Shown: positions 1 to 14,189 of the stretch, piece after piece | Position numbering within the stretch: position 1 is the stretch's first letter | Layout of the letters: each line of letters starts with the position of its first letter | From: Octopus vulgaris | Lineage: Eukaryota | DNA length: 64,000 nucleotides | Direction: 5' to 3' | Assembly: GCA_951406725.2 (NCBI GenBank) | Contig: OX597814.1 | Location: 12,896,001 to 12,960,000 of the forward strand | Translations under genes and position numbers: made by a program | Notes under the pieces: generated by a model | The model's database searches: none | Told to the model about the DNA's origin: nothing | The model's input: the letters and a program-made list of their open reading frames with translations, nothing else

Positions 1-642
1 CACCCTCGCAAGGGATTTTCATTAAAAACAACATTTATTTGTTTGCATTCAGCCTAAGATCGAATCATTTGCTACCTACACAGCAGGGGCATAGGATTAT
101 CAGGGTGATCCTTTTGGTGCAAGAAATCTTAATTTACCAAAATTGCCAATTAATCAGTGGAAACTCAATAAAACTATTCCGCATTTAAATTGACTGCAAC
201 CTTCTTCTTTTAGCCCTAAGTTGAGGTACGAAAGACCTAATATACAAAGATTTTCTTAAGCGAAACTTCATGCTTTTGTGTTTTGAGATACGAGTGAAAA
301 TTGAGATGCTAATTAATTTCCAGTCACATTTTCGCTAGGAAATTTGAAAACTTTGTCAGCACTGATTATTCATTTCATTTTGTTGGTGAAAGTTTGCTTT
401 CATGGTGGTATTTATCGATTTTCTAACATGCTTCCCCTTCATCTTCAACAAAGCCGCCAAATTTGCGATGATTAATTACCCAGTGTAGCTGCACCTCTGG
501 TTGGGCTGAGAATCTGCAGAGACTCAGTCAAACGCGTTACAAAACATATGCGTTGGAAAGGCAAACATAATTTCTGAAAGCAAAGAAAGAGATTTAGTAC
601 AAAACTAACACTAGACCCGGCAACGCTGGGTTTTAGTGCTAG
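1..642 (+). mobile_element. Probable non-autonomous Helitron, 3' end
   Basis: GC-rich hairpin acccggc-aac-gctgggt (615-631) followed 7 nt later by CTAG|T (639-643), the canonical Helitron 3' terminus. The 5' end is not visible, so the start coordinate is arbitrary. Confidence 0.5.
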
Positions 643-3600
643 TTGTAGTAATATTTTACTTATTATTATAGTGCAGAATCACGCTACTTTGAATAATGTG
701 CCTTGGGAGTGCTCTACTCAGAATTAGAGAGCTAATTTTATTCTGCCGTGTACTGACTTATTCAGTAAATATATCATTCAGATACATTCAATTTTGACAT
801 ATATCCATATATGTGTAAAGTCTTACATATGCTACTCATGATAATCTATATCCAACTCCCAATGAATCTTCGCAAGTAACATTGAACAAATTGCATCCCA
901 ATTGTATTTTGAACCATAAAATACTTATAATAACATAGTACCAGACTGGTGAGCAACTGACACTGATTCTCGGAACAACAAACAAAATATCTCTTCTGAC
1001 TAATTACATCCCGTTGTTTCTATATGTGAATATTAAGCCCTCACTCATACGCTTTCTTCGGTCTATATCTGTTGTTACGATTACGGTGATCTCGTCTACT
1101 CGGAGCTGGCATGTATCGCGTCATCTCTAAAAGAGGCTTAGCAGAAACGTTCATTTTTCCTACTCACATCCCAGAAACTGTGTCTCCACAGACATCGTAC
1201 TAATCAGGTAGGTCCTCTGTAATTTCAGTACTGGTTATGTTTTCCTACATCGCTCACATCGCCATTGCTCAAGAACGCTAACAGTGAAGATATTCATATT
1301 TAAAAACTGTAAGCTAAACATGATATCCATCAATTTTAACTAGGTGTATTCGGTTATTTGAGTTAGCAAATGAACTACACATTGAATTAAAATGAATGTG
1401 GCAGAATATTCTGCAGGTGGGAAAATTCTTTATAACATTCTCCGGCAGACTGAAACAAGCGTGGCATTAATTATATTTACAATGCAGCTGATGGCTTTTT
1501 TCATTGTTCCTGTCAACCCAATTTAAATCCTAACACTTTGGTTGAAGAAGTTATGATAAATATTACCCGCACAATATGTAATCAGTTAAGGCCGGCTAAC
1601 TGATTCCATGAATAAGAAGTGCACTACGAGGTCTTGTGTTCGTTTGCGCGTTATTTAACTAGAGTTTAAACATATAACTTTAAACATATATCTGAGAAGT
1701 TACCAGTCACCATGATCCAGTAACTTGCAAGAAAACAGATCCTTCCTACAAACCAACCGAATGCGACAATAGAAGAATATATATCTAATACATTCAAAAA
1801 CACATTTCTCTAACACTTCAACAATCCAAAAATGGAGATCTCTCGAATTCTTATTTTGGTTCAATTTTTTTTTCACATATTATACATTATTACCGAATAC
1901 TCCAAAGTGAGTATATATCCCTTGGCACTAATAATTTTCATATTTGCAAGTATGATGCGCACGTTTTGCGCTGTTACTATAACTTAAAACAATATATGCA
2001 CTGCTCCTTCCTTCTATTTCTTTCTTCGACCCCTATATTCATGTCTACCAGTACATATCCGCTTCGATACCTCTCTTTCTCCATCAATCATTTTTTGTTT
2101 GTCTATATGTATATATATATATATACATTTATAGGCATGGATTTACACTTGTATCTGTAGGTGTATGTGCGAGTGTGTAAGTGTGCATGTATAAATAAAG
2201 GGGATAATGAATACTATACACAATAAATTAGTTATTGATGTTTATAGGAAATTATTTAGATAGTAAATTTCTCACTAAATTCGAGATATAAAAAAAAAGC
2301 TGCAAATTATTTGTAACTTTGAAGGAGAATGGATTATTCCAAGAAAGGAAGAATTAATTCACGAAATTATGCTGATATTCACAAAAAGGATAACTAATCT
2401 TTGTATGTAGGTTTAATTGAATATCAGATATTTCATACCTTTCTATCCTCAATATATATCCTTCATATATTAGATCGGAAGCTTACAGTGGGACCACAGA
2501 ATTTCATAATTTTCTACATTATTTTAATTGCACCAACATTTCATCAAATTTTGTGTCACCCATTAAATTGGATCTCATAGCGTTAAAATTTAATCTCTTC
2601 TAGTCGAAGTTTCTTATTACATTGGGAGAAGATGACATTTTAGATTTAGCAACTCAGTTTATTTGGTGCTAATTTTAAAGGCATCTAGAGGTGGGCTCGG
2701 GGTGGATAGTTTCTGAATGTGTGCCGAGTGACATGGGGGATAATGAAATGCTGGTGTAAGACGTCATTGTTAGCAGCAAGCATTGCTCTGAGTACCGTAT
2801 TTGTAGAGGGATGTTGGACTGGAAAATCTGAAAAGTTTTAGAAACATTTTTGATAACGGACAAGCGGACTCTGTTATAACCTTGACCGACGTAGAGGTTT
2901 CAAGGCACTATGATACATGAAGTTAATCTTTTGCTTTGTCCTGTTATTTTTGCAGACTATTCCTTGAGAGCGCGTGTGTATAAAAGCCCATGGGTTTCTT
3001 TACACATCTATTCAATGTAATGCTATTAGATATTGCCAGGAGTATCCAGTGGGTGTAAAGATTTTGATACATGAATGAATGATGGATTCAGACGGAAGAG
3101 AGGCACCAGAGTAAGTTAGTGTTTATTTAAGTACACGTTGCAAAACTGAGTCGCACTCATATTATTTTCACTGATTATCGTATGGATAGAGATTAAAATT
3201 CTCAATGTATCTTCCTCAGGACTAATTTGAAAATAGTAAGGACTGTATAATAGAGTGAACACGTCGAACACCGGTAAAGTCAAAATTTAAGATTATTTTA
3301 TATCCCTAGAATCTGTGTTCCAATTCTATATATGCTGACTTTGTATTGTATTTTTTCTATTCCGCACGTTCATCTCAGCAGATTAATTTTATCCCATTTC
3401 ATCGTTTTTGCATTATTTTTAGATAACATTCTCTTGTACATAAAGAAAATATACGTTTTACTCAGTTAACGATTGTAGGAAGATGATAGTGGGTAGATAC
3501 AGATACACACGTTTCAATAGATTTCGCTAATGATTTCGAAGAGAGAATAACTGATGCAAAATATATATATTTATTCCCTTGTTACTCACGAAATTTCAAA

Positions 3601-5694
3601 TATAAAATACCTCAAACTACAAATATACTTCTATAGCATTATACAGAAATACAAAAGTTACATGATAACAATTATCACAAAAGCAATACTAATAACAAAC
3701 AGATCACTAGCTAAGTTTTGTTTCCAGTGTCATAAAAAGTAGAACCACACACGGTTTTCTCTCCCGTTTGATAACAAACCGTGAAAAGACGAACTTTGTT
3801 CATTATTTGTCTTATAATTAACTATTTTATTCTGTTGATATATTTGCATTTAAATGCGTATATATTGATTTTTCTCATTAATTCCATTTTGAGATAAATT
3901 ATTCAAAGTGTACATTTATATGGTTTGAATGTAAACTTGAACGTTGAATAGATAGGGTGAAAACAGATTGCGGTTAATTACATTCTGTTTGCATCCCTGC
4001 TCTACGTCATTGTTTGTGCTCAAAATTCATTACAATACTGTAACTGAATTATTCATTATGGATAAAAGAATTAATATCTGTCAATAAAAATATTGATAAG
4101 GGCTATTTTTGTAACTTCACCTGATTTATGTGTTTTAATCATTTTAGAAATATGTTCCGGTTGAATTTAATTCAGCTGACAGTTAATATATAAATTTAAT
4201 TCAGTGATGATGTTACAATATAATACATGGGTATATACTTTATGAATAGGACCCAATCATTATATAAAAATTTTGATATAATGTGTAGATGTTATTCTAA
4301 ATATAAAGATATTAGTTAGACAGCATCATAGCAAACAAAAGGGAACTAATCAAAATGAAAATGAATAGAGGAATTTAGCATAGTTTAGCCTAGGTAATAA
4401 TTCCTCCCATATATATTACGAAAAGCTGTACAATATTTTGATTATACTGTTATTTATATTGAGTCTAGAGCAGGGCCTGATTGGTCATCCATGATTAAGC
4501 TAAACTTTATTGAGTCACACACTAACTTGAAGATCTTTTTTTAAATACAGTAGTGTGTGGCTTGAGCGGAAATTATTTGTTGTTTGAAAATGGTCGTCCC
4601 ACCAATTATATTTATATGTGTGTGTGCCTACTTTTGTGTGTGTATATGTGCATGTATGACTAATTTATACATTTTCTTTTGTGCACATCTTTAGAAAAGT
4701 AAATTATTAAACTGTTAACTTTTTATTAAATGGAATTGAAACTACTTTCTGTTCAATTAGGTTTGTTTTATTTTATTATAGAATCAAGTTTATCATTTTC
4801 TCAACCTACTGTTATTATTTTTGTTGAATCTGGCTTTGAGTACCGTTACAGCATTCAGTCAAACGCCAACTTACAATCTGAAATAAAAATCTTGAAAATA
4901 TAACAAAATTTTGAAAATATAACCTCTCATGAAGGAAGAGATAAAATAACAAGAACCAGATACGTATTGGTTCATTCGATGTACAGATATGAAAAAGCTA
5001 CACAAATATAAAAAAAAAACTCATTTATGAGTGTAATAGTTTATATACGATGAATCTATTTTCATTCTTACTGAATCTACAATAATTTCCTTCTTGTTAT
5101 AATGTTTCAAATGTTCTGCTTTAAAAACGTTCATATTGGGATGTTAAGTTTTAAAAGCAAACCTACTTAATTTGGTAGCAAAAGTGAAGACACTATAGAA
5201 ATATTTAGAAAACGATTGACATTATGTAGTTTTATATAAAGTATTGTTTTAAAATTGAAAAATAATAGAACATATAACAGGCATAGTTCCAGGTATTTCT
5301 GTATCACGAATATTTTTTTTATTGCAATACATTGCAGAGATAAATAATGTTAGCAGTGAAATGAAATATGCAACATATGAAACATAGTTTTCTGTGGACG
5401 ATTGTACCATTTGAATGTCACATAGTGCAATTTTTACCTACCCGTTTCTTAAGTCCAATTACTTCTCAGATACATTTTGTTGTCCATTGTTTTTAGTATT
5501 ACATAATAAAAAGTACTAGAAGATAATTATTATTATGATATGCAGATATTTGTCTTTTGTGTACTACATTTAATACCCAGCAACAGTACACTGTTAAAAT
5601 TTCGCACGTTAGCAGAAATGGAAGAACATAGAACAGAAATAGGTTAAATGGAAGTCATCTATTTCATCATAGTAATAATCTAAATCAGGTCAAA

Positions 5695-5931
5695 GGCGGC
5701 GAGCTAGCAGAAACGTTAGCACGCTGGGCGAAATGTTCAGCGGTATTTCGTCTGCCGCTACGTTCTGAGTTCAAATTCCGCCGAGGTCGACTTTGCCTTT
5801 CATCATTTCAGGGTCGATTAAATAAGTACCAGTTACGTACTGGGGTCGATATAATCGACTTAATCCGTTTTTCTGTCCTTGGTCGTCCCCTCTGCGTTTA
5901 GCCCCTTGTGGGTAGTAAAGAAATAGAAATA
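5695..5931 (+). mobile_element. tRNA-derived SINE, family A (Meta-domain-like centre), full length
   Basis: Head ggcggcgagctagcagaaacgttagc, B-box gagttcaaattcc, central gtcgactttgcctttcatc...gggtcgat...aagtaccag, tail gtaaagaaatag. Five other copies occur in the window. Confidence 0.9.
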
Positions 5932-6080
5932 GGTGCCTCGTCTGTCTTTAGGTTTTGAGTTCAATTCCGCCGAATTCGACTTTGCCTTTCATCCTTTTCG
6001 AGGCGATACAGTAAGTATCAGTTGCGTCCTGGGGTCTAATCGATTGGCCGCCCTCCCCCAAAATTTTGGGATCAGAAAAG
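5932..6080 (+). mobile_element. SINE family A, 5'-truncated copy in tandem with the previous one
   Basis: gagttcaattccgccgaattcgactttgcctttcatcctt repeats the B-box and central domain, with an alternative 3' part (ccctcccccaaaattt). Confidence 0.8.
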
Positions 6081-7427
6081 AATCTAAATCATGTCAGTCA
6101 CTACCAGCCAACCTGTTATGTATCTTCAGTCAGTGGATTGCATTAAATAAGTTATATATTCTATTTCAGCCAATCAGGGTAAATATCAAGGAAGTTTTGA
6201 CTACTTCTGCTAGCAGCATAGATACTGTTTGGATTTGTAACAAGTTGTTTTCCCCTTTTTTTGTGTCAAGGTTTGGTTTTGAATTAAATTCAACCTTGAT
6301 CAGCATAGTTTAATCTCTCTGTGGTTAGTATTATGAGTACCAATGATCGATTCAGTCCGTCTAACAGACTTCATCTCAGTACCAAAAATCCTATTTTAAA
6401 TTATTAAGAACTGAAGCGAGTAGATTTGAAAAGTGACAAATTAAACCAATATTATGTTAAGAGTGAAATGATATATTCCAGGGATCCTCTATTTATTTCT
6501 TTGCAATAATGTATCAGTTAAAGAATGGTGCTTTTCTGATTTTAGAGCGCGTAGAGTTCCGCTTTATTTCTGCTTCAGGCAGAGGAAATGCTAGTGTAAA
6601 TAAATAACTGATTTTTTGTATCATTACAATAAAATGAATTGTAGCGATATAAAAAGACATAATTAATGGAGTAATTACGATAATTTTTTTTAGAGATCTA
6701 TTTTGCAAACATCTTCAGTAATTCTGTTTCTTTCCGACAAGGGGAGACAGTCTTGATTCTTTTGTAGTGAGGAAATATCACTTTACACTACGTTGTTATT
6801 AATTGATGCGTTTTATTGTTAATGAGACATCAGTATAATAGTTGCTATTCAGAGATAATGGCACATATTTAAAAAAGAATTAGTAATTGAGATGTTTGAA
6901 TTCTGAAATAGAGACAATGAATATCTAATTAGTTTACAAATTGAAAATCCACATTATGCTATTGAATTAGTTATTTGTCATCAAAGTACAATTATCGTGA
7001 ATTATGCTATAACATTAATTATCTGTAACCTACATATTTTGCTATAAAATCAATAATATAATTATGGTTTAACTAAATAACACTCAAAATATTTGGGGAA
7101 CAGCCTTTCATTTGAAAATAAAATAGAACCTGAAAAGTATTGTCCAGGAGACTTTTCTAAATTATCGAAATACAAATTTGATGTCCTTAACAATTTTGAT
7201 GTCGATATAGCCCCCGTAAAACATAAAGAGGTTCGAGAAAGCACAGTTACGATCAAGTTTATAATAAAATTATATCTACAAATGAAAATAACATCTCTTA
7301 TTTCCAATCATTAGTTGACTGATATTACTGAGTACTCCATTTTCAAACCAAGAACATCATATTCAATGGCAATAATAAGTTCAAACAACGAATATATACC
7401 ACAATCTTTGCTTATGTATTGTTATAT

Positions 7428-7838
7428 ATACCTCACATTGTCGTGCAGCTACTGTTTATACCTCGTTCAGAGATTTACTATTGCTTGTTTGCACTTTTTC
7501 GAGATCAGTGGCTTTTTGTCACTGGAAAAAGGATATATGTGTTTGAATTGGGACCCCTTCGCATCGAAAACCGGTGAGTATCGTGTGCTGACGACGGGTA
7601 AATACCCAGAAACTCGGGTCCGTGCGTAGCATGTCAGGTCGATGATGGGGAGGATGGCTTCCCTTTGCAAATACTGAGAGGGTACAGAAAGTGTGTCAAT
7701 AGCCAGCTGGAGAAGATGTTCTATTGGGGCTACAAGCTACAGTAACATCCACCCTTAGTGGTTAGCCATATTTAAGTGGCAAACATACTTCGCATTGTCG
7801 TGCAGCTATTGTTTATACCTAGTACAGAGATCTATTAT
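7428..7838 (+). mobile_element. Penelope pLTR / retrozyme-like unit with 54-bp terminal direct repeats
   Basis: Direct repeats 7428-7481 and 7785-7838 (cattgtcgtgcagcta.tgtttatacct.gt.cagagat), period 357 bp, TA-rich flanks, internal hammerhead motif. Confidence 0.6.
7580..7628 (+). ncRNA. Minimal type I hammerhead ribozyme motif
   Basis: CTGACGA (7588-7594), stem II gggt-aaat-accc, GAAA, short stem III c-tcgg-g, GTC cleavage triplet (7618-7620). Stem I is weak (several G-U pairs). Confidence 0.6.
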
Positions 7839-7934
7839 ACATATATATATATATATATAGTTGTTCTATCAGACACTATTTGTGCAAATCCTTTTTGCTA
7901 AATTCAAAGGCATGTTTATTTTTATGCGTATTTT

Positions 7935-7988
<54 letters not shown>

Positions 7989-7989
7989 T

Positions 7990-9125
7990 ATAAGAAACAC
8001 ATCAAAATAAACATCCCTTTCAATTTAGCAAAAAGGACAAATAATGTCTGATAGAGCAACTCGGGACCTTCGTCTTCAAGACCTCAAAACAACGCTTATT
8101 GAAAGAAAATATCCACCCTCACTTATCGACGAGGGAATTAAGCGTGCCAAACAATTAGATACAAAAATACAAAGAACAACAAAACATAACACCACACCTC
8201 AACTCAAAGCTGTACTATTTATATCAACACACGACCCCAGAAACAGTGAGGCATTCAACACTATTGTGCAAACTCTTCCTTTACTAACTAGAGATCCAAA
8301 AATGAACGACATCCTGAAATCACACAAACTCATCAAATGCATAAAACAAGACAAATCGCTAAAGAGACTAATAACAAATGCGAAGCTTTACAAAACAACC
8401 ACGAAACCAACGGTTGAAAAATGTGGACGCCCAAACTGTGGAACCTGCCCCAACCTGCTTGAAGGCTTGGATTTCTTTTTCAAAAACTAGTTTCACTTGT
8501 GCCTCTGGGAATCTAATTTATGTAATAACTTGCTCGAGTTGCTGACACAACTATATTGGACAAACGAATAGAACCTTGAGAAAGAGAACCTCTCCACATA
8601 AAGAGCAAATCCGTTTCCCGCCATACAGGCAAATTCCTCTCACTGAACATATAGAAAAATGTGCTGATAACATCAAACAAAATTTCACAGTCTTCCACTT
8701 CTACCAGTGCAAAGACAAAATCTCTCCACTAGAACGTTTAAATAAAGACACTTTTTTCATTGAAATATACAGAATACGTCTTAATATGCACGCATAACCA
8801 ACTTTTATCCTTTTACATATTTCGATTCATGATTACATCATTGTACATAAATCCCCTCTCTAAACAAGGTTTTCGAAACTTGTCTTTGTCTGTACACATA
8901 TATATCCCCTCCCATTATCGAAAGCTGAACAGTTATTTCCCTTACCGACAACAATAACAATAATAACGATAACCAATTACCTCCCTTTATTTATCTACTT
9001 GTGAAGACATTCAGTGGTGAATTTCATCACACACAACAGGGACAAAATTTCTCCTTAAGAAAAAACATATTCAAATAAGTAAAACATATGAATAACGATA
9101 ACGAAACCGGTCGATATATCAAAAA
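7990..9125 (+). mobile_element. Penelope-like retroelement, 5'-truncated (RT thumb, Cys linker, GIY-YIG endonuclease, pLTR)
   Basis: ORF 8044-8490 has ERKYPPSLI and KCGRPNCGTC. It is followed by FTCASGNLIYVITCSSC*HNYIGQT and ORF 8576-8797 (RKRTSPHKEQIR...E...RLN), a disrupted GIY-YIG domain. A degenerate hammerhead (cttaaga...gaaaccggtc) lies at 9054-9112. Confidence 0.9.
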
Positions 9126-9224
9126 TTATATTAAAACTATGTAAGTGTGCGTATTTTCCTTTTTTAATTTCTCATATACATTACAACTCACCACGTGCGG
9201 ATAATCGAAATTCCTCTTTTCTGT

Positions 9225-9369
<145 letters not shown>

Positions 9370-9449
9370 CGAATGTCCTGTCTGTGTTTGTTGTATCGTC
9401 TTCTTAGTTTTTATGCGTTCTTGTCTCAGTTTGTATTTTTCTACATATC

Positions 9450-9485
<36 letters not shown>

Positions 9486-9589
9486 TAAATAAATGGCCCA
9501 ACGAAGCACCGATATTTACTGGAGAATATAATTTTACCCTCACGGGCAATCCTTTACTGGCAAGCAGTACTCTCGTATTGCATTACTAT

Positions 9590-9646
<57 letters not shown>

Positions 9647-11802
9647 TATGTATGCATATGCGAGTGTGAGCATACTTCGAACCTCTCCTTAACGATATGA
9701 AACACATTTTGAAGCATTTCAGTTTGATTGAGGTGAAGCTTAATTTCAGCTGCGTAGAGGCAGGGATCTTTTGTATCCCCAAAGCATGCACGCATGTATT
9801 TAAACCAAACCACAGTTCTGTTGAACTACAGTATACGAGTTTATGAACTGCACCCATTGTTGATACTCTGTACTCTATGGAAACATATATGATGAAATTT
9901 AGATATTCCCTTCTCGCACCCAAACTGTTGATGGTTAATCAGTCTTCATTGCTACAGGAATTCTGAGGTATGAAGGAAACTTCATAACAAACTACAGCAA
10001 CATTCTTTATAACTAAACAAATTAAAATGCATGGTTATTTTCAACGATTATATATGTAAACACAAATAATCGAAGTAGAATTTGCATGCATAAAGACAGT
10101 AACACATATGCATATATATGTGTGTTTTTGCGTGTGTGTATCCACACAACCGTGTGTGACTCTCTCTCTTTCTCTCTCTGTCTATATATATGTGTGCACA
10201 TATACATATGTGTATGAATCTGTGTGTGTTTGTATATATGTGTACGTCAGTATTTATACATAAATATATATGTATATATATATGTATGTGTGTGCATTTG
10301 TGTTTTGTTGTGGGAATAGTTATATACTTATAAGCATAAATCTTTAGCTAAGAATAATTTTTTGACAGCACCAACAAATACAAACAGAAATGTACTTATA
10401 ATGCACTTTAGTTTAGGATACGTCTAAAATTAACTAAATATGTTTGTTTTATATAAGTTCAAAGATTTCTATTTTTAATTGTAGGTTTAATTTTAGTCAA
10501 ATCACCGAAGATTACAGTTTATCCAAAACCTTTTTGCACGCGAAGCACTTCCAGTGACAATCAATAAAATTCTTTTAAGAATTACTTTGGTGTGCCTTTT
10601 CAGTTGAATCCTTTCAAATCATTTAGTAAGTTTCCAACTAAACTTGCGTCAATCACTTAGCAACAACTTCATGTAGAAAGTAAGTTGTTAGCGTAAAAAT
10701 AGAAATAAAAAATTTATCCTCAAATATATGTGATTTAAGGGTGAAAAACTTTCCCTTTCTCATCAAGAGCTATTAATATATATGAAAAATAAATAATGGC
10801 ACAAATTCTCACAAAGGTAGCTAAAAAAGTGGGAATATGACAAAGCAAGTTGACATGTCGCACAAAATCAGTACCGATATATTAGATTATTTTACAAGTA
10901 AAACAAGGCAAGCTGAATAATTTTCAGAAGATCAATATACATTAGAGTGTACGTGTATAAATTGTTTTATCAATTATTGCAACAGGAATTGTAGATGGTT
11001 ACATACATATACAAGCAAAATATATTGAATTAGAAAATGCTTACTTTAATGTCTCGTATAATTTAAAGGAAAAAGCAAAGTGACAAGCACTCTTTTCTCG
11101 CGTCTATTATGTTAGATTGCTATGTACGAACTGAAAAAACATTAAGAATATATAAAGTATAATTTTAAACAGGATATTGCACTCTCTATATAAAAAAAAA
11201 AACAAAGTACATAATTCATTCACGAAGTTGATTAATACTTCAGCAACCAGGGGCTAGGTTTATGAATATTTTTCCAGAGGATTTTGCTGAAATAAGGACC
11301 ATGTGTTGCGGTTTCGATTAAAATAACATGACGAAATTATGAAACAGATTTCTATTAAAAGTTTCAAGACATAGGTAATGATCGCAAATGAATTTATAAC
11401 TGAGTTTTGGTTAACCAGACATATTTACCTCATCATACAATGAAATCTAAACAAAAGAAAAACATGGAAAATGGTACTTTCACTTCAGTCTACTTTAATT
11501 TGTATGGCATTTGCATGGAATGGGCTGTAAGTAGTACTTACAACAGATAATGACGGTTAAATGTTACTGTACATTTGTAAGTGGGAAACACAGCATTAAC
11601 CTGTGAGTTTTCGACAGGCGGGAGAGAAATAATTATATATAAACATGTTCTCTCTGTTTGTGCTATCGCACACGCTTTACATTTTCAGAATGACAGGATT
11701 CGACTAACAATTTTTCTTAATTTATGGAGGCAATTATGATAACAAATGCAAGCACTCTCCATACTTTTCCTTAAAGATGAGAATTTTGTTTGCAGTGAAA
11801 AT

Positions 11803-12170
11803 ATAGTAGCAGATATCCGTAAATCTCGTGAGGGCATGGATCTGCGCCCGAAAAATTATGTCTGCTACTCATGGTAATGCAGTATCTGCTGTGGTTGCAG
11901 GGGCCCACACGGAAGTGGCAGCCACGCAGAGGGCGACTGCATTTGAAGGATCTCTCTGCAGGCACTACTGGTCATTTCGTCAAACGAGTGCGCTTTTCTT
12001 TGGCGGAGAATTCTTATTTTTCTTCCCCTCGCTTCATATCTTTCGAAGTATTTGTTTCCAGCGTGGGCAATGATTTGCGAACTTCTCCCATCTCAGGAGA
12101 TCGAGTGACTTTATATGAGGTCTTCCTTGTGCTCTTGTGCCTATGGCCAATTTCTCATACAGGAAGTGAA
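11803..12170 (-). mobile_element. RTE-clade (BovB-like) LINE, decayed 3' fragment
   Basis: Minus strand reads LYEKLAIGTRAQGRP ... WEKFANHCPRWK ... FKCSRPLRGCHFRVGPCNHSRYC, resembling the RTE C-terminus (LYGEL..G.R..GRP, terminal Zn motif), then a short 3' UTR ending in ctacta. Confidence 0.75.
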
Positions 12171-13269
12171 AATGAAAACTAGAAAAGAACACACAATAAC
12201 AAAACATAGATAATAAAGTAAATCGGCTTCTTACATGAACAGCAGAATGAAATTTTATGTATTATTTTCTCGAGCGAACGACTTCAGGATAACTGATTTG
12301 GTTGAAATTGGCACCGCCTATTGGATAAGTGAACTTGAACTGAGGAAATAGATTTATTGAATCTTATGTTAATTATATGGCTGAAATAAAATAATTTTTT
12401 TGTGAATTTTGTTTTCCCAACAAAATGTTCTTCATGCATATCTTAAAAGCCAGCGCATCGGAACAGGGAGTCTAACTTAATTACATTTATGCTAGATAAA
12501 CACTGATGAATAAATAGTTCCGTATGAAAGTGATCATGGAGGTAACTAATAACATTCAGATACGATAAATTTTTTTTGAAAACTAATTCTGCTCTTCTCT
12601 TACCCTTTATTAAGAAAAACACTTTATTAAATCCGAATGAAAAACACTAGTATTGATATAATGATTCAAGTGCTGTATGTTTCCCAATGTTTAATTTTCC
12701 ATCCCTCTATCCAACTAGATATCTGGCTTTTAACACGGCATTACAAAAATTTCATTTCATGCGTATTGTCTTCTATATAGAGAAAGAAAAGTACATGCAT
12801 TATGTTTTTCGAAACATGAATTCAGTTGTTGAGAGTGAGAGTGTATACGGATATTATAAAGTAGAGGGCAAAAGGCACAATACAAAACCAATAGCCATTT
12901 CGCTACATGCTCGGTTTCCTTAATTACGTAGCGTTGATAAAGATATTAAAGCATATGGATATTAGCAGCACAGCATAACAAACATAGCATGTATCGTATC
13001 AGAAGAAGGGCCTGATTTGCAACATGCATTTAAGATGTCATACAAACGCCGGCAGAGTGCGTTCTATGTCTTCATAAACACAAGAGTACAGTTTGTTTTT
13101 TTGGCGCACCCACTTCAATTTGCTGACGCTATAGGCCATACTAAGTATTTCATAACATTATTGACCCCACCACCACCACCAACACCACCATCACGATCAC
13201 AACAAATGCCAAAAGCACCACCACCATCACCATCATCATCATCATCATCATTATCATCGTTAATATTTA

Positions 13270-13479
13270 GACGGTGAGCTCGCAGGATCATTAGCACGCC
13301 GGGGAAAATGCTTAACGGCATTTCGTCCGTCTTTACGTTCTGAGTTCAAATTTCGCCAAAGTGGACTTTGCCTTTCATTTCAGGGTCGATAAAATATGTA
13401 CCAGTAAAGGACTGGAGTCGATTACATCGACTGGTCCACTCCCCTCACAAATTTCAGGCCTTATGCTTTTTGTAGAACA

Positions 13480-13480
<1 letters not shown>
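13270..13480 (+). mobile_element. SINE family A with (ATT)n tail
   Basis: ttagcacgccggggaaaatgcttaacggcatttcg, gagttcaaatt, gactttgcctttcat, ends ggccttatgc...gtagaa then (att)n. Confidence 0.9.
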
Positions 13481-13540
<60 letters not shown>

Positions 13541-13699
13541 GAGTGAGCGAGCAGAGCATGCCATCAAAGTGACACTGGGTTAAAATATACGAAGCCCAGT
13601 ATGCTCATCATGACTACCCGTCTGATAAGGGTACACCAGGCACATGCATCACAACCATATGTGCGCGACATGGTGATCTCATATCAAGATAAACAGCAC
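13541..13699 (-). mobile_element. 5'-truncated copy of the non-coding (AAT)n-embedded element at 51228-51781
   Basis: Reverse complement matches 51624-51781 (gtgctgtttatcttgatatgagatcaccatgt...gtgtcactttgatggca). Flanked both sides by (TTA)n. Confidence 0.85.
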
Positions 13700-13761
13700 T
13701 ATTATTATTATTATTATTATCATTATTATTATTATTAGTAGAAGTAGTAGTATTATTATTA

Positions 13762-13793
<32 letters not shown>

Positions 13794-13819
13794 GTTGTTG
13801 TTGTTGTTGTTATTATTAT

Positions 13820-13972
13820 CATCTTGTAAGAATTTGGAGACTACAGGAGGGATCTTGTATATCTCAAGAGCCTCGATTAGCCACTTACATGGCACATTAT
13901 CAAAAGCTTTCCTGTTCAGTTTATTCATGCCATACTCAGGTTCTGCTTGTTGCCTAGAATTAGCTACAATAA

Positions 13973-13975
<3 letters not shown>
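13820..13975 (-). mobile_element. R4/Dong-type RT fragment
   Basis: Minus strand NLSMA*I...RKAFDNVPCKWLIEALEIYKI resembles the RT motif NLSMAWIDYKKAFDSVPH. Bounded by (TTA)n. Confidence 0.8.
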
Positions 13976-14018
<43 letters not shown>

Positions 14019-14189
14019 GTTAATATTATTATTATTATTGTTAATATTATTATTATTATTGTTAATATTATTATCATTATTGTTAATATTATTATTGTTA
14101 ATATTATTATTATTATTATTGTTAATATTATTATTATTATTATTTGCAGTTTTTCTTGTTGTTGTTGTTGTTGTTGTTATCCTTTACTT

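Noticed and set aside
2680-3120. GC-richer block that may be an old LINE fragment
   Set aside because: No diagnostic EN or RT motif could be read in any frame.
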